Assembly (NCBI GenBank): GCA_053919585.1
Contig: CM132798.1
Source of the DNA: Euprymna scolopes
Taxonomy: Eukaryota
Strand: one strand, 5' to 3'
DNA length: 64,000 nt
Shown piece by piece: positions 38,735-50,384 of the stretch (positions are counted from its first letter, which is position 1; every line of letters starts with the position of its first letter). The position numbers and the translations under genes were made by a program. The notes below the pieces were generated by a model. That model searched no databases. It was not told the origin of the DNA and worked only from the letters and a program-made list of their open reading frames with translations.

Positions 38735-41496
38735 TACTAATCACTTGAGGGGCCAACAGGTTTGCCCAGGCATTTTTTTTTCAGACCAGAGTGCTCCTTT
38801 TCAACATCTTCAATCCCACTTTCAGACCGTCACGTTATATCTTCCCACTATGGAAAAGAGACAAATACCTAGCTTAGTATAATAATAAACGAATGTACTT
38901 TTATACACACGTGTTTGTTTTGGTTTATGTGCGTGTGCAACTGTTTTCTCATCCGCATACACTCGTGTGCAGAAGAAGAAGGTATCTATGCCAGCTCCAA
39001 TTTCAGCTGTGTTTGTCTGGTTCTTTACCTCATGTGGTCATAAAAGCAACCCCCCCCCCCCTTCGCCCTCCCCAAATAATAACAAACAAATTGAATGGCA
39101 TTGTGTGCTATGCCAAAGAACTCCTGCTTAACTTGATGGCATGTGAATGTTTGGTAATCTTATACCGGTGTAAAGCCACTGACAGTTGATGTCTGATTTG
39201 GGACATGGTAGACGTTTTATGAGAGAGAATTGTTAAAGAATCTTGTAGCCAATAAAATAGAGAGCTCATAAATTATGTCTCATCTTAAGCTGGCGCCATC
39301 TCCTCCACCTTCTTTTCTTCCTCCTCCTTCTCTCAAACAATGACAGCTATATAGAAAAACAAAAAAGAAAGAATTCTTTGAAACATGACTTTTCTTTCTT
39401 GGTTTTAAATCTTATTTTAAACTAATTGACATATTTGTTAGATTCAAGCAAAATCCGAGGCTTAAAAGATTCCCAACCACTGCTGGGGAGATTCCACCTG
39501 GTCTCATAATCACAATACCTTTTCTTTCTTTTTTTTTTCAATATTTCAAGAGTAAAATCTGTTTTTCAAGGTAGAATTAAAAGAAATTTATTTTAAATCT
39601 TTTCAAATATTTATTTCAAGTTACTGGGCATATTAGATGGTGTTTAATTCTCTCCCTCTGCAAGAACTCCGACACAAGGGTCAGAAAGTGGAATTGAGAA
39701 GTCAGCGCCCCCATGGAGGGGAACTCTGACCTGCCACATTGGCATTCCTCGATTAACAATAAACTAACCCTTTTTCAAAGAGAGAAGGCAAAGCCTGTAA
39801 GGGTGGACCTCCTAGAACTGCACAGAACTAAACTCCCATTACAAAATTAACAAAAAGCAGGTCATTACAGGAATGGTCTAATCTCTGTTGATGTTTGGAG
39901 GCCGAGGATGTTTAGTAATAATAGATTTTGAGAGAAAAAAAAAAAGAAACAAATATGATCTCTGTTAACATTCTTATTTGATAAAGAAGTATACGTGTTT
40001 TGTTTTATGACATATGAACCATTTTCAGATTATTTAATGCCGATCCATTTAATCCAGTCATTTTGAAAAAAAAAAAAAAAAGATTTGTTTCGAGTTTTTT
40101 TTTTTATCTTCAAATATTTATTCATGATGTATGGTCTTGTTGTTTTGTTTTACAGCATACAAAGCATTGTCAGGTTCAGTAATTTTGGTAAAAGCCTTTA
40201 TGCTTCAAGTTCTTTATATTTTCAAATATTTGTTCATGGTGTTTACTTTGGTTGTTTTGCAGAGGAAAACTTAATTTTGTTTTGGACTTTGTAAAACATG
40301 ATTGAGTTTTGCAAATGAAAAGACAAAACAACAACATCAATGTTTGGTGCATTTTAGGTCAGGAAGTCAGTATCTTCAGACAGCCTGTTCTGATAGCACA
40401 CGATTGATAAAGAAAGTTTATCTCTAAATATCATGATAACCAATTGACATAATTAGCACATATTTTCAAAGTATGCATTGATAAAAGACTGTCTGAAATA
40501 TAATGTCAGATTATGTAATACTTGTAATACATCACCACATTTTAATGGCTGGATGTTATGGACTTGGGAAATGAGATTATGATTCTCAATAAATAACTTT
40601 AACTTTTCTCATTCATTTATGATCTTTTTCTTTATTTACTTTTAAATAACTTATTTTAAGGTTGTTTTTTATGATCATTTTATTGCTGAAATTATGTTTT
40701 ATACATGAGAAAAATGATTCAATAATAGTTTTGCAACCAATGTAGTGTAGAGATGAAGAAGTTATTAAATTAAAATCCATAAAAAAACATCCCCCTTACA
40801 ATGTACGCTTAAAACGTTGGTTTTAACCTGCTCTATGTTATGACAATGAGCAGTTTTCATTCTACACACTGCACCATAGAGTTTTAACCAAGCAGGAATA
40901 AAGGAGATTATTTTCCCTTTTAAATTCTAGGCAATAATAACTTTTTTCTTTTTTTAATAAATACTTGATTTTATTATGTAAAAATTTGTAATTACTTTAC
41001 GCTTATTTAATAATGGAAGAGTTATTTTTATTTTATTTTTTTTTTTTTTTTTTACATGGGTGTCAGGTGGCTGGTAAGACAACACTACAGTCGTCGAAAA
41101 TGATGGAAATAGCATACAATTTGATTATTTAAGGAAACGGCTCAACAAGAACGTGTTTACATTGGACTGAAAAATGACCATACTGTAGTCAGCTGGAAAG
41201 CAGGTGTGCATTTATAGGAAAGAAATTGATTGAAATTTGCATTTAGTTTTAGACAACTAGAGCATAGGAGAAATTGTTGACAATGGTTGTAGCTAGACGA
41301 GTGTTTGTTGGTCAAAAAATATAATTTAATTAACAAATACACACACATACAGCACTCCTGTTACGATATATATATATACATTTATATATCAGTTCATAGT
41401 CTAGGTACAAATTTTTGTTTTTGGTTGTTTTGTGCATCTTAAAATATAAATTTAACAAAACCTTTAATTGTTGATAAATGTTATTTATTTAGTAAC

Positions 41497-42880
41497 TAGC
41501 CGGCGTTGGCTGGGTGTTTGGAGGTGTTTGTTGAGAAAAAAAAAAAAGTCGTAGTAGGCAGGCGGGCTCGAACCCATACCACGAAGGGGGAAAAGAACCT
41601 GGAAAAAAAAAAAAAAAAGTAACGTCTTTTCTGTTGCGCCCATTGCCAAACCGGAAGTGTTGAACGTTTAAATTAAGGCAAGTCAATCGAAAAAAAGAGG
41701 ATGGCTTTCGAAAATATCGACGAAAAAAAGTGACCACCTCCCTGTAGAAAAGTGCCCAGTTGAGGGTGAAGGAATTAATGTTTAGCCAATTTTTGGATAT
41801 TTGTCGTCTGGAGGGCCGTACTTCAAAACGACACAGACCTCGTGAAAATCTGTCACCTCTGTCAAAAGTTTTAGGCAGACATACATACATACATACATAC
41901 TTTTAAACACAGATGAAATTTATATTATAGATTAGCAGGGCTACCCGGCGTTGCTCAGGACCGTATAAACAATGAGAAAATTGAAGTTGATTTTGAACAT
42001 ATTTGTTATTCTTTGGATGGAGGAATTTTTAATGTCTATGTATCATTAACTTTTTCGAGCAAATGAATATTTTACCTACCCTAGGACGGGTATTACACGT
42101 ATCAAATAATTGTACCTTATCTAGGATAAGTAATTTATACCATATATATGAAATAATGTTTCCTTTGCGGGGGGGGGGTTAATATACAACACATATTTAA
42201 AATAATTTTACCTACCCTCGGACGGGTAATTAAAATACATACATGAAACAATTTCACATACTATCGGCAAGTATTGTACAACATGTTAAATAATTTCTCT
42301 TACCACCAAGGCTACCATAATTTTAAGAAAACTGAAGCAATTTTTAGAAAGTAACTCAGGACCGTATAAACAATGAAAAAATTGAATTTGATTTTGAATA
42401 TATTTGTAATTCTTAGGAATATGAAATTTTTAATGTCTATGTATCATTTGCTATTTCAAGCAAAAGAACATTTTACCTAGCTAGGACGGTTATTAGACGT
42501 ATGATATAATTGTATCTTACCTAGGGTAGATAATTTACAGCATGTATATGAAATAATTTTACCTTTGCAAGGACGGTGAATATACAACACATATTTAAAA
42601 TAATTTTACCTACACTAAGACGGGTAATTTAAATAGATATATTAAACAATTTCACAAACTTTTTTTTACCCCAAAACGGACATTACTTTATTCAACTTAA
42701 CCCCCAAAAGAAAACTCAAGAGCACGTTTAAAATTAACAATCACGCTTCTTTCTACCCACTACTACAACCATCACATCATTCCCGGATGAGTACATAAAA
42801 CATTTTAACAAATATAGATCACCCCCCTATAGAAACTGGCCTAGGAAACTTTCATAGAAAATCAACAATATATATGTATT
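41497..42880 (-). mobile_element. Tandem Helitrons, the second with an internal ~400-bp duplication
   Basis: Hairpin+CTAG ends at 41497 and 41933; CTCAGGACCGTATAAACAATGA at ~41954 and ~42356. Confidence 0.65.
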
Positions 42881-43001
42881 AATCTAATTGTGAGATCATT
42901 AACTGTTTAAGTCATATCTGGAATCGACTTCACAAATGAAGTAATTTTGAGATAGAAAATTGTTTAAGCCATTTCCGGTACAAACTTTATATTTCACCAC
43001 C

Positions 43002-43545
43002 CTCATTCAATCCAGGGCGACGCTGATTATTCTGCTAATATATATTTCCATCAATCCCGGGCGACGCCAAGTATTTGTCTATTCTGTATTTGTACCTATA
43101 TCATTTAATCCCAGGCGATGCCAGGTATTCTGTTAGTATTTATCTGCACCTGCATTATTAAATCCTATATATTTCCACCTATCTTATTCAATATGGGGCG
43201 ATGCAAGGTAGTCTGCTAATATATATTTCCACCTATCTCATCCAATCCCAAGCAACGCCAGGTATTTTGCTAATATATATTCTAACCTATTTCATTTGAT
43301 CCTGGGCAACGCCGGATGTTCTGCTAGTATATATCTCAATCAATCCAATGAAATCCTGGGCGATGCAAGGTATTCTGTTAGTATATATTTCAATCAATCT
43401 AATTCAATCCAAGGCAACGCCAGGTATTCTGCTAATATATATTTGCATCTATCTCATTGGATCCCAGGCGCCCGTGTATTCTGCTTGCATATATTTGCAT
43501 GTATCTCATTCAATCCCAGAGGATTCCGGGTAATCTGTAAGTATA
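43002..43545 (+). repeat. Tandem array (~10 x ~54 bp) of Helitron 3' termini; three more units at 44520-44698
   Basis: Unit CAATCCCRGGCRACGCCRGGTATTCTGCTARTATATAT = terminal hairpin + CTAR. Confidence 0.75.
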
Positions 43546-43569
43546 TATGTGGACGTATGTCGTTGAATC

Positions 43570-44075
43570 CCATAATTCTTGGATATGTTACAAATTTCCA
43601 CAATCATTTTTCATAATTAAACCCACATATCTTCCCACTCTTACTAAAATAATAACTTTGATACCTTTTACAGGTAATCATTTTTCATAATTCTTGGATA
43701 TGTTACTAATTTTGACAATTATTTTCACAATTGAATTCACATCATCCCCCCTCGTATAAAAGTAATAACTTTGATACATTGTCTGGGCTGTTTATTTTAT
43801 TACAAACACACCAATAAAATAAATCACATTTCATCAATTTTCATAATTCTTGGATATGTTACTAATTTCAACAATCATTTTTAATGATTTAACCAACATA
43901 ATCGCGCCTCTCTTACTAAAATATCAACCTTGAGACATTGTCTTGCTGGTGATTTCATTACAAACACACCAATCAAATAACTCACATTTCAACACTTTTC
44001 ATAATTCTTGGATATGTTACTAATTTCAACAATCATGTTTCATGAGTTAACCAACATTATCGCATATCTCTTACT
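43570..44075. repeat. Tandem repeat, ~115-157-bp units x4
   Basis: CATAATTCTTGGATATGTTAC at 43572, 43686, 43843, 44000. Confidence 0.8.
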
Positions 44076-44515
44076 TCAAAATTATCAAATAGGACCTATA
44101 CTGCACAATGACCTTCAAAATTGTCAAATCGGACCTATACTGCACAAGCACCTTCAAAATTGTCAAATCGGACCTATGCAGCAGAAGGACAGAATTATCA
44201 AATCGGATTTAAAAAATTTTTCAAATCGGACATATACTGCACAAACACCTTCAAAACTTTTCAAATCGGACCTATACTGCACAAGCACATTAAAATTTTT
44301 CAAATCAGACCTATACTGCACAAGCACCTTCAAAATTTTCAAGTATGACCTATACTGTACAAACACCTTCAAACTTTTTCAAATCGGATCTATACTGCAC
44401 AAGGACCTTCAAAATTGTCAAATCGGACCTATACTGCACAAGCACTTACTAAAATTGTCAAATCGGACCTATACTGCACAAGAACTTTCAAAATTGTCAA
44501 CGCGGACCTATACTT
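44076..44515. repeat. 39-bp minisatellite, ~11 copies
   Basis: CAAATCGGACCTATACTGCACAAGCACCTTCAAAATTGT. Confidence 0.9.
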
Positions 44516-45341
44516 CACCTATGTCATACAATCCCGGGCGACGCATGCTATTCTGCTAGTACATATCCACCTATGTTATACAATTCTGAGTGACACCGGC
44601 GTACATATACACGTACTTCATCCAATCCCGGGGATTTTGCTAGTACATATATCCACCTATGCAATGCAATCCCGGGTGACGCTGGGTATTTGGCTAGGGT
44701 GTGTAATTGAAGTCTTAAAAACACATTTAGATCTAATGAGCTCAGAGGACAATTAAATCTGTACAGAATAAGATGTGTGCAGAACAGCAGACTGATGGTA
44801 TGGCCACATTGAAATTATGGATGAGAGTTCTTGAGTTATTGAGTTGATAGAACAGTTGAAGTAGCAAGGTCAATTTATATGGGGAAGGCCAAAAAAGTGA
44901 TAAGGTTGCACTTGAGAGAAAAGGAGAAAAGTTCTGACCAGCGATAAGTTTGTTTGGAAGTCAATTTTTAAAAGCCATCCAACACATGTCACCATGTTAA
45001 GCAGATGTTGATGATGCATTTACTAATTAAGCAACCGGTTTTAATTGTCTTTATTAAAATTTTCAGTAAAATCATCTTTTCCACTTGTTATTGACATACA
45101 AAATTAGAAAATAAAAAACCTGATACCAATGATTTTTTAGCTAGTATATATACTAATTATTATGATGATAAATCTGAATTAATCAAGGTTTATGTCCTTA
45201 AGGCTAAGTCCTAATTAACCCTATCCAGCGATTCTCTCACCAGGTGACCTGTCTCTTATTTAATACTTATCTAATTACTGTAGCTTTCGCGGACTGAATA
45301 TTGTTTGTACCGCTTCCCCATGGACTCTTATTTTATATAGT

Positions 45342-46109
45342 ACAAGCGGGGGGGGGGGGTACCCGAGCGGTGGGGGGTGTAATCAAAACATAAGAATAAA
45401 ACACAAAAATAACTAATGTAAGGCAAACAAACGATGTTAAATGTAAAAATCGAAAAAACAAAAACAAAACAGAAAACAGAAAAACGGACGTTAAAACTGC
45501 TTTAAAAAATCTGAAAAATAAAAACTAAAAAAAAAGAAACATGTGAAAAATGGCTTAAATAAGCCTGTTTCAATATTAAAATTTAAAAAATCGGTAGGTA
45601 CCCGGGTGTTTTTGGGGGTGTGCGGTCGGGGGGGGGGAGGGGGGTAATGAAAACCTAAGAATAAGCGAAGTAAAAAAAAAAAAAAACAGAAAAACGAACG
45701 TTACGTGAAAAATGGCTTAAATAACCCTCGAAAAAAAACAAAAAAGAAGACATCTCACACCACGATTCGAACCCAAAACGTTTAAATAATGACCCAACGC
45801 TCTAACCAACTGAGCTAACATGACGAATATAAAATTGTGTCAGTTCTTCAAATATTTAAACTAAATCAGGTTATGACGTCCTCTGACGCATGCGTAGAAC
45901 TGATCTCGTCATGAGAGGACGGTTTTTGCTGACCCCCCTGTAGTGTGTTGATTTCAGAATTAAAAAATTAACGTTTTTGGCCAATTTTTCGATATTTGTC
46001 GGGCGAAGGATGGGGCTTTCATATGATACCAAGTTTGTTTTTGTTCAGTCTTTCGAAAGTATTTAGCAGACATACAAACACACACATTTTCGTTTTTATA
46101 TATATAGAC
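45342..46109 (-). mobile_element. Helitron-like element containing a tRNA-like sequence (45755-45820)
   Basis: 5' TCTATATATA on minus; shares GGCCAATTTTTCGATATTTGTCG with the other Helitrons; internal TAGCTCAGTTGGTTAGAGCG..GGTTCGAATC. Confidence 0.55.
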
Positions 46110-46609
46110 TTATCACTCAGACTGCCATCATCCTCGCTCCCTCTGTGTCTGTTTATTAAAAATCGAAAGTAATAAAGAAAAGAAAAATTAAGATTAGAAT
46201 AAACTAAAGGGAATATCACCACAACTATTAATACTATTTTAGGTTAGTGTTAGGATAAAATGAAACAGTGATTTTGTGTTAGTTCATTCCTGGAAAGATG
46301 TCCAGCAACCTGGGAATCCATCTGACAGACACCTTATGTAAATGGTATGAATGGTAATTTTCACACACTCTGTAATAATCTTGATCTTTCGGGATATTTG
46401 ACAAATATTCACGCATTGATCTTCCAAAGTGGCCGCCTCAACTTGACTAACAGATGCTTCATTAATGGCAGAAGGGGGCGATCATGTCTGGTAGCTGTTC
46501 CCCAGATTGCTGACCATGTTTGAATTCAAAATGCCAGCATTTTACAAGGGCATATCATCATATGTGAATCCAAACATTCTATTGTTAACATTGGTTTCTT
46601 CAATATTGT

Positions 46610-46770
46610 TCTAGTTAGAATTCTTTTTAGAACGATACCGGGTACTTACGGGGAGAACCACAAGAAGGTTGCCAATATCCTAAGTGAATTTTGTGGAAGG
46701 AGCTAGAGTCAAACTTGGAACACCCAGGTTGTCAGTCTGTGTCGTTAACCACTTGACTACCATCACCTCG
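46610..46770 (-). mobile_element. Degenerate tRNA-derived SINE
   Basis: Reverse complement GATGGTAGTCAAGTGGTTAAC...AGTTTGACTC shows A/B-box-like motifs. Confidence 0.45.
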
Positions 46771-46904
46771 CACAAGAGCATATGATAGGACATCATTACC
46801 ATACGTTTCTTTATTTCATCAAAAGTTTTCTCTGGTGTTCATCCTTTCAAATAATAAAAAAAATAAGAAAAGATTACTGCGCAACACGCAACAAGCTTCA
46901 TTAC

Positions 46905-47074
46905 TAGGGCTATGACAACAGCATATTCTTATTATTGTTTTGACCTTGTGTATATATCCGACACAGTTAATCAATCAAGAACCACATCACTCTATATAAA
47001 AGCATAGAAGATATCAATGGATACACACTCGAGAGTCAAAACAATAAAAAGAATATGCTGTTGTCCTAGCCTTA
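46905..47074. mobile_element. hAT MITE, same family
   Basis: Same TIR; 8-bp TSD TTCATTAC. Confidence 0.9.
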
Positions 47075-47669
47075 TTCATTACACACCTGACTCGGTTCAA
47101 ATACCTGTAAATAGGTAACTACAATTAGTTCAGAGCTGTGATTCGCCACATAACTCATAAAGGTATAAGTCATTCCACATGCAAAATTTCAACTAGATCA
47201 GACAACCGGAAATGGGCCAGGAGCATTACTTATTGAACGCTCCTCATAAGCCAGAATCATGTTTCATCACATCCTCCATTGTTCACGTTAGAATAGATTC
47301 AGTCTGTGGAGCTGCTCTATGTTGGAAATCATGGGGAATTTGCACCATCTTGATTGCCAACCATTGAACATTTCGAAAGCATAAACTTAGTATGAATATT
47401 GCAAGAGCAGGGGATATGTTGTATTTATTATTAGTGTAATAATTTTCTTATCCTCTTTTTTCCTTCATTTTATTATTTTGTCCATAGATTTATTTTATTT
47501 ATCGCATTTTTATCTCAATAAATATTTGATTGAAAGTAAATAAAAAATAATAATTCGCTCTAATTATCAAAGTTACGTTGGTGTGAGAAAAAAAAACCCT
47601 CGCATGAAACTGTTTTCTATTTTTATTAAAGAGAACTTGATCAGCAGAAGTTACTATTTTAACCTGTAG

Positions 47670-49420
47670 TTAGGGGGGTCCAAATTATGCACTCATACCT
47701 TTGTCACCAATACTATCATGAAATTAAATACATTAGATCCAATATGATTCGAACTTGCATTAATCAATCGTATAGTCTGCTTTGATATCTATTAAATTAA
47801 TCGTATAGCAGAGAGACAGGTTGGAGTATAATATTTTATTAAATAAGAGTTTATATACAATCTACTAAAAGAAAAAACAAACTGTCTTTTTTTGTTGTTT
47901 TTTTTTTAAAGAATTCACTTATTTATTTATTTTAGTATTGTGTTTTACGTTGCTGATATTTAATAACTGCCAAAATCCTGTTTGTGTCAAATATAAATCT
48001 AATATAAATGATTTTTCAATATTTGCCGACTCGAACTTTATCTTCGAGAATTGATTAAAAGTTGGCGGCCATTTTTCTTTATCTATTCGTTTCAGGATAA
48101 TCCAGAAATTGTCAATTATATTCAAGTCTGGAGATTGATTTGGCCAGTTTTCAATATAGATGGTGCTTTTTCTTGTTAGATAATTTTGTTGTCAAATTTG
48201 AAGTATAGTGGCTGGGACCATCTTGTTGAAGAATATTTCTGAATGTTCATATTTGTCGGCACTCTCATCATCCTCTATACACTGACGCTCATACAAATTG
48301 ACAGTTCCTTTAATAGAAGAGCTCGAAGAGGGTGGGGGTAAATTTTTTGTGTGCTTTATTTTTTTTTCATTACCACGAATTACTCCCCACATTTGCAGAA
48401 CTTTTTGTACTATTTTGTTTTTTCTTTTTCAGCATAACCTTCATTAAATCTTTAATTAGGTTTTCTTCTAACATATTGTCTGGTATTTGGAGGAAGACAA
48501 CTTTGAGATTCGTCTGAGAAAATTACTTTTTCCCCTCCTCCTTTTAAATGCTTTAGTCTTTTTTGTTTATGCGTACATACTAACCAGTCTTTGGTTTATG
48601 TATTTATTTGTTCGGCCATCAGCTTACACGTGTCACGTTCTCATCTATAAGTCTGGCTCTCTTGAGACAGGGAATAAGAACAGTATAAGACAGTATAAAA
48701 CAGGTTTCTTTATTAAGATCTTGTTTGTTGGTCGGACAACTGGAGAATTTACGACATATTTGAAGGACTGCATCTTAGTCTTCCAAGAGTTTCGGTTAAC
48801 TTTTATAATTATAAAAGTTAAATCCTTACTTTGAAAAAGAAAAATTCTATCACTATGTGACATGATTTGTCCAATGAGATTCAAGTTCTTTAGAGAACGT
48901 GAAACATCCTGGTGATTTCCTAATTATAGAGAAATGGATGTTGAAATTACTCTCTGATATATTGTAGAAAGGAATATGTTTGTTTGAAGTAGTTGAGTAG
49001 TCTTGGTTACATAATCGAGTAATACAGTTTTGTAAATCACCTTAATGAATAGTTCTTTGTAATCGTAGTGGGTAATATCTAGGGCTATGACAACAGCATA
49101 TTCTTATAATTGTTTTTACTCTCGAGTATATATCCCACACGGTTAATCAACCGAGAACAACATCACTCTGTATAAAAGCACATAAGATATCAATGATACA
49201 CACTCGAGAGTCAAAACAATGAAAAGAATATGCTGTTGTCATAGCCCTAGTAATATCCTTATGCTCTATGCTTTTGGCATATCTTTCAATGTCTCTCCCA
49301 GGCTACTATACTTGTCCATATTTATGACTTAGACAAAGATCAGCCAATCATATTCTTGTGAGGAGGAATTAGCATGTATCCATATCCATTACATCGTTCC
49401 CAAACAACTTATTTTTAAAT
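47670..49420 (-). mobile_element. Decayed Tc1-like transposase
   Basis: MWGVI..IKGTVN, QQDGPSHYTS, WPNQSPDLNIIDNFW. Boundaries approximate. Interrupted by a hAT MITE. Confidence 0.7.
49080..49249. mobile_element. hAT-superfamily MITE
   Basis: TIR TAGGGCTATGACAACAGCATATTC; perfect 8-bp TSD GTAATATC. Confidence 0.9.
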
Positions 49421-49689
49421 CATGTTTTAGTTTTAATCATATATAGTTAAATAAATCATAGTAAGTTGACTGGTACGTACAAAACGATGAATATAAGCTG
49501 GTCATATTAAAAATTCCAATAAGAGGCTTGAATTTGCAGAAAAAGTTGCAAGGAAGATAAGTGAGGATTGGATTACCTCTCTTTGTTAGTTATTATATCC
49601 CTTGGAAGCATAAATATAATAATGAAGATAAGAATAATAGTTACCATAATACAAATTTCCTGTTCTGTCATAACTTTAACAAAACTGTA

Positions 49690-50010
49690 GCATTGATATT
49701 TGTCTAAAAAGAAAATGTCAAGCAGTTTGTGTGCAAGAAGTGTAAGACTATAAAGACAGATGAGCTATTAAGGCTACTCAGTAATGTTACCTTGGTGATA
49801 CCATTTGATCACGGGCAGAAGCAGATACTAATGTGATGGCAAGAGTTAGGAGTGTTACCAAGAAAAGCCTATCAAGTTTATATACACATTGTAATGATGT
49901 ATGGAAGTGAAATCTAGGACGTACATTGCATGGAGATGACTGCTATGAGAATGATGCAATGGATGCTTAATACATGTCTTAAATCTGATGAGCTCAGAAA
50001 AAGGTTAAAT
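49690..50010 (+). mobile_element. RTE-clade LINE fragment (related piece at ~44700-45010)
   Basis: KAYQVYIHIVMMYGSE..MRMMQWMLN..SDELRKRL resembles the 29.4-kb RTE remnant. Confidence 0.55.
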
Positions 50011-50384
50011 ATGTATTTGTTTCCTTTTCTGTCAGTTAAAGTTCTCGAAATAAATATGAGATACATAGACATTCAAATGTTTTAGTTTTGATTATATATA
50101 GTGAAAGAAATCATAGTAAATTGACTGGTACGTACAAAACAGCGAATAAAAGCTGGGCATATTAAAAAATCCAATAAGACGATTGAATTTACAGATACAA
50201 TGTACACTACTTTTTTGTTGTTTTTTTTTTTTTTTGAAACTTACTTCCCCTGTTTTGTCTCTCAGTCCTCATCTTCAACGAATGAGTGATGTTTCTAACA
50301 GAGAGGGAAGAAAACATTTGTTTGAGCAATAGTTAGAGCCGACTAAATTCTCTTTCCATTTTATTCTATTCTTGTTATGTCACT

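Noticed and set aside
44008-44756. 183-aa and overlapping ORFs with 13-aa repeats (QIGPILHKHLQNC)
   Set aside because: By-product of a 39-bp minisatellite that is open in several frames; no splice or homology support.
45755-45820. Functional tRNA gene
   Set aside because: D and T loops are recognisable but the anticodon and acceptor stems do not pair; it lies inside a repeat.
49984-50000. CTGATGAG motif (also CTGANGA hits at 8933, 12281, 14078, 35580, 58968)
   Set aside because: No helix II followed by GAAA; several lie inside LINE or Helitron sequence.
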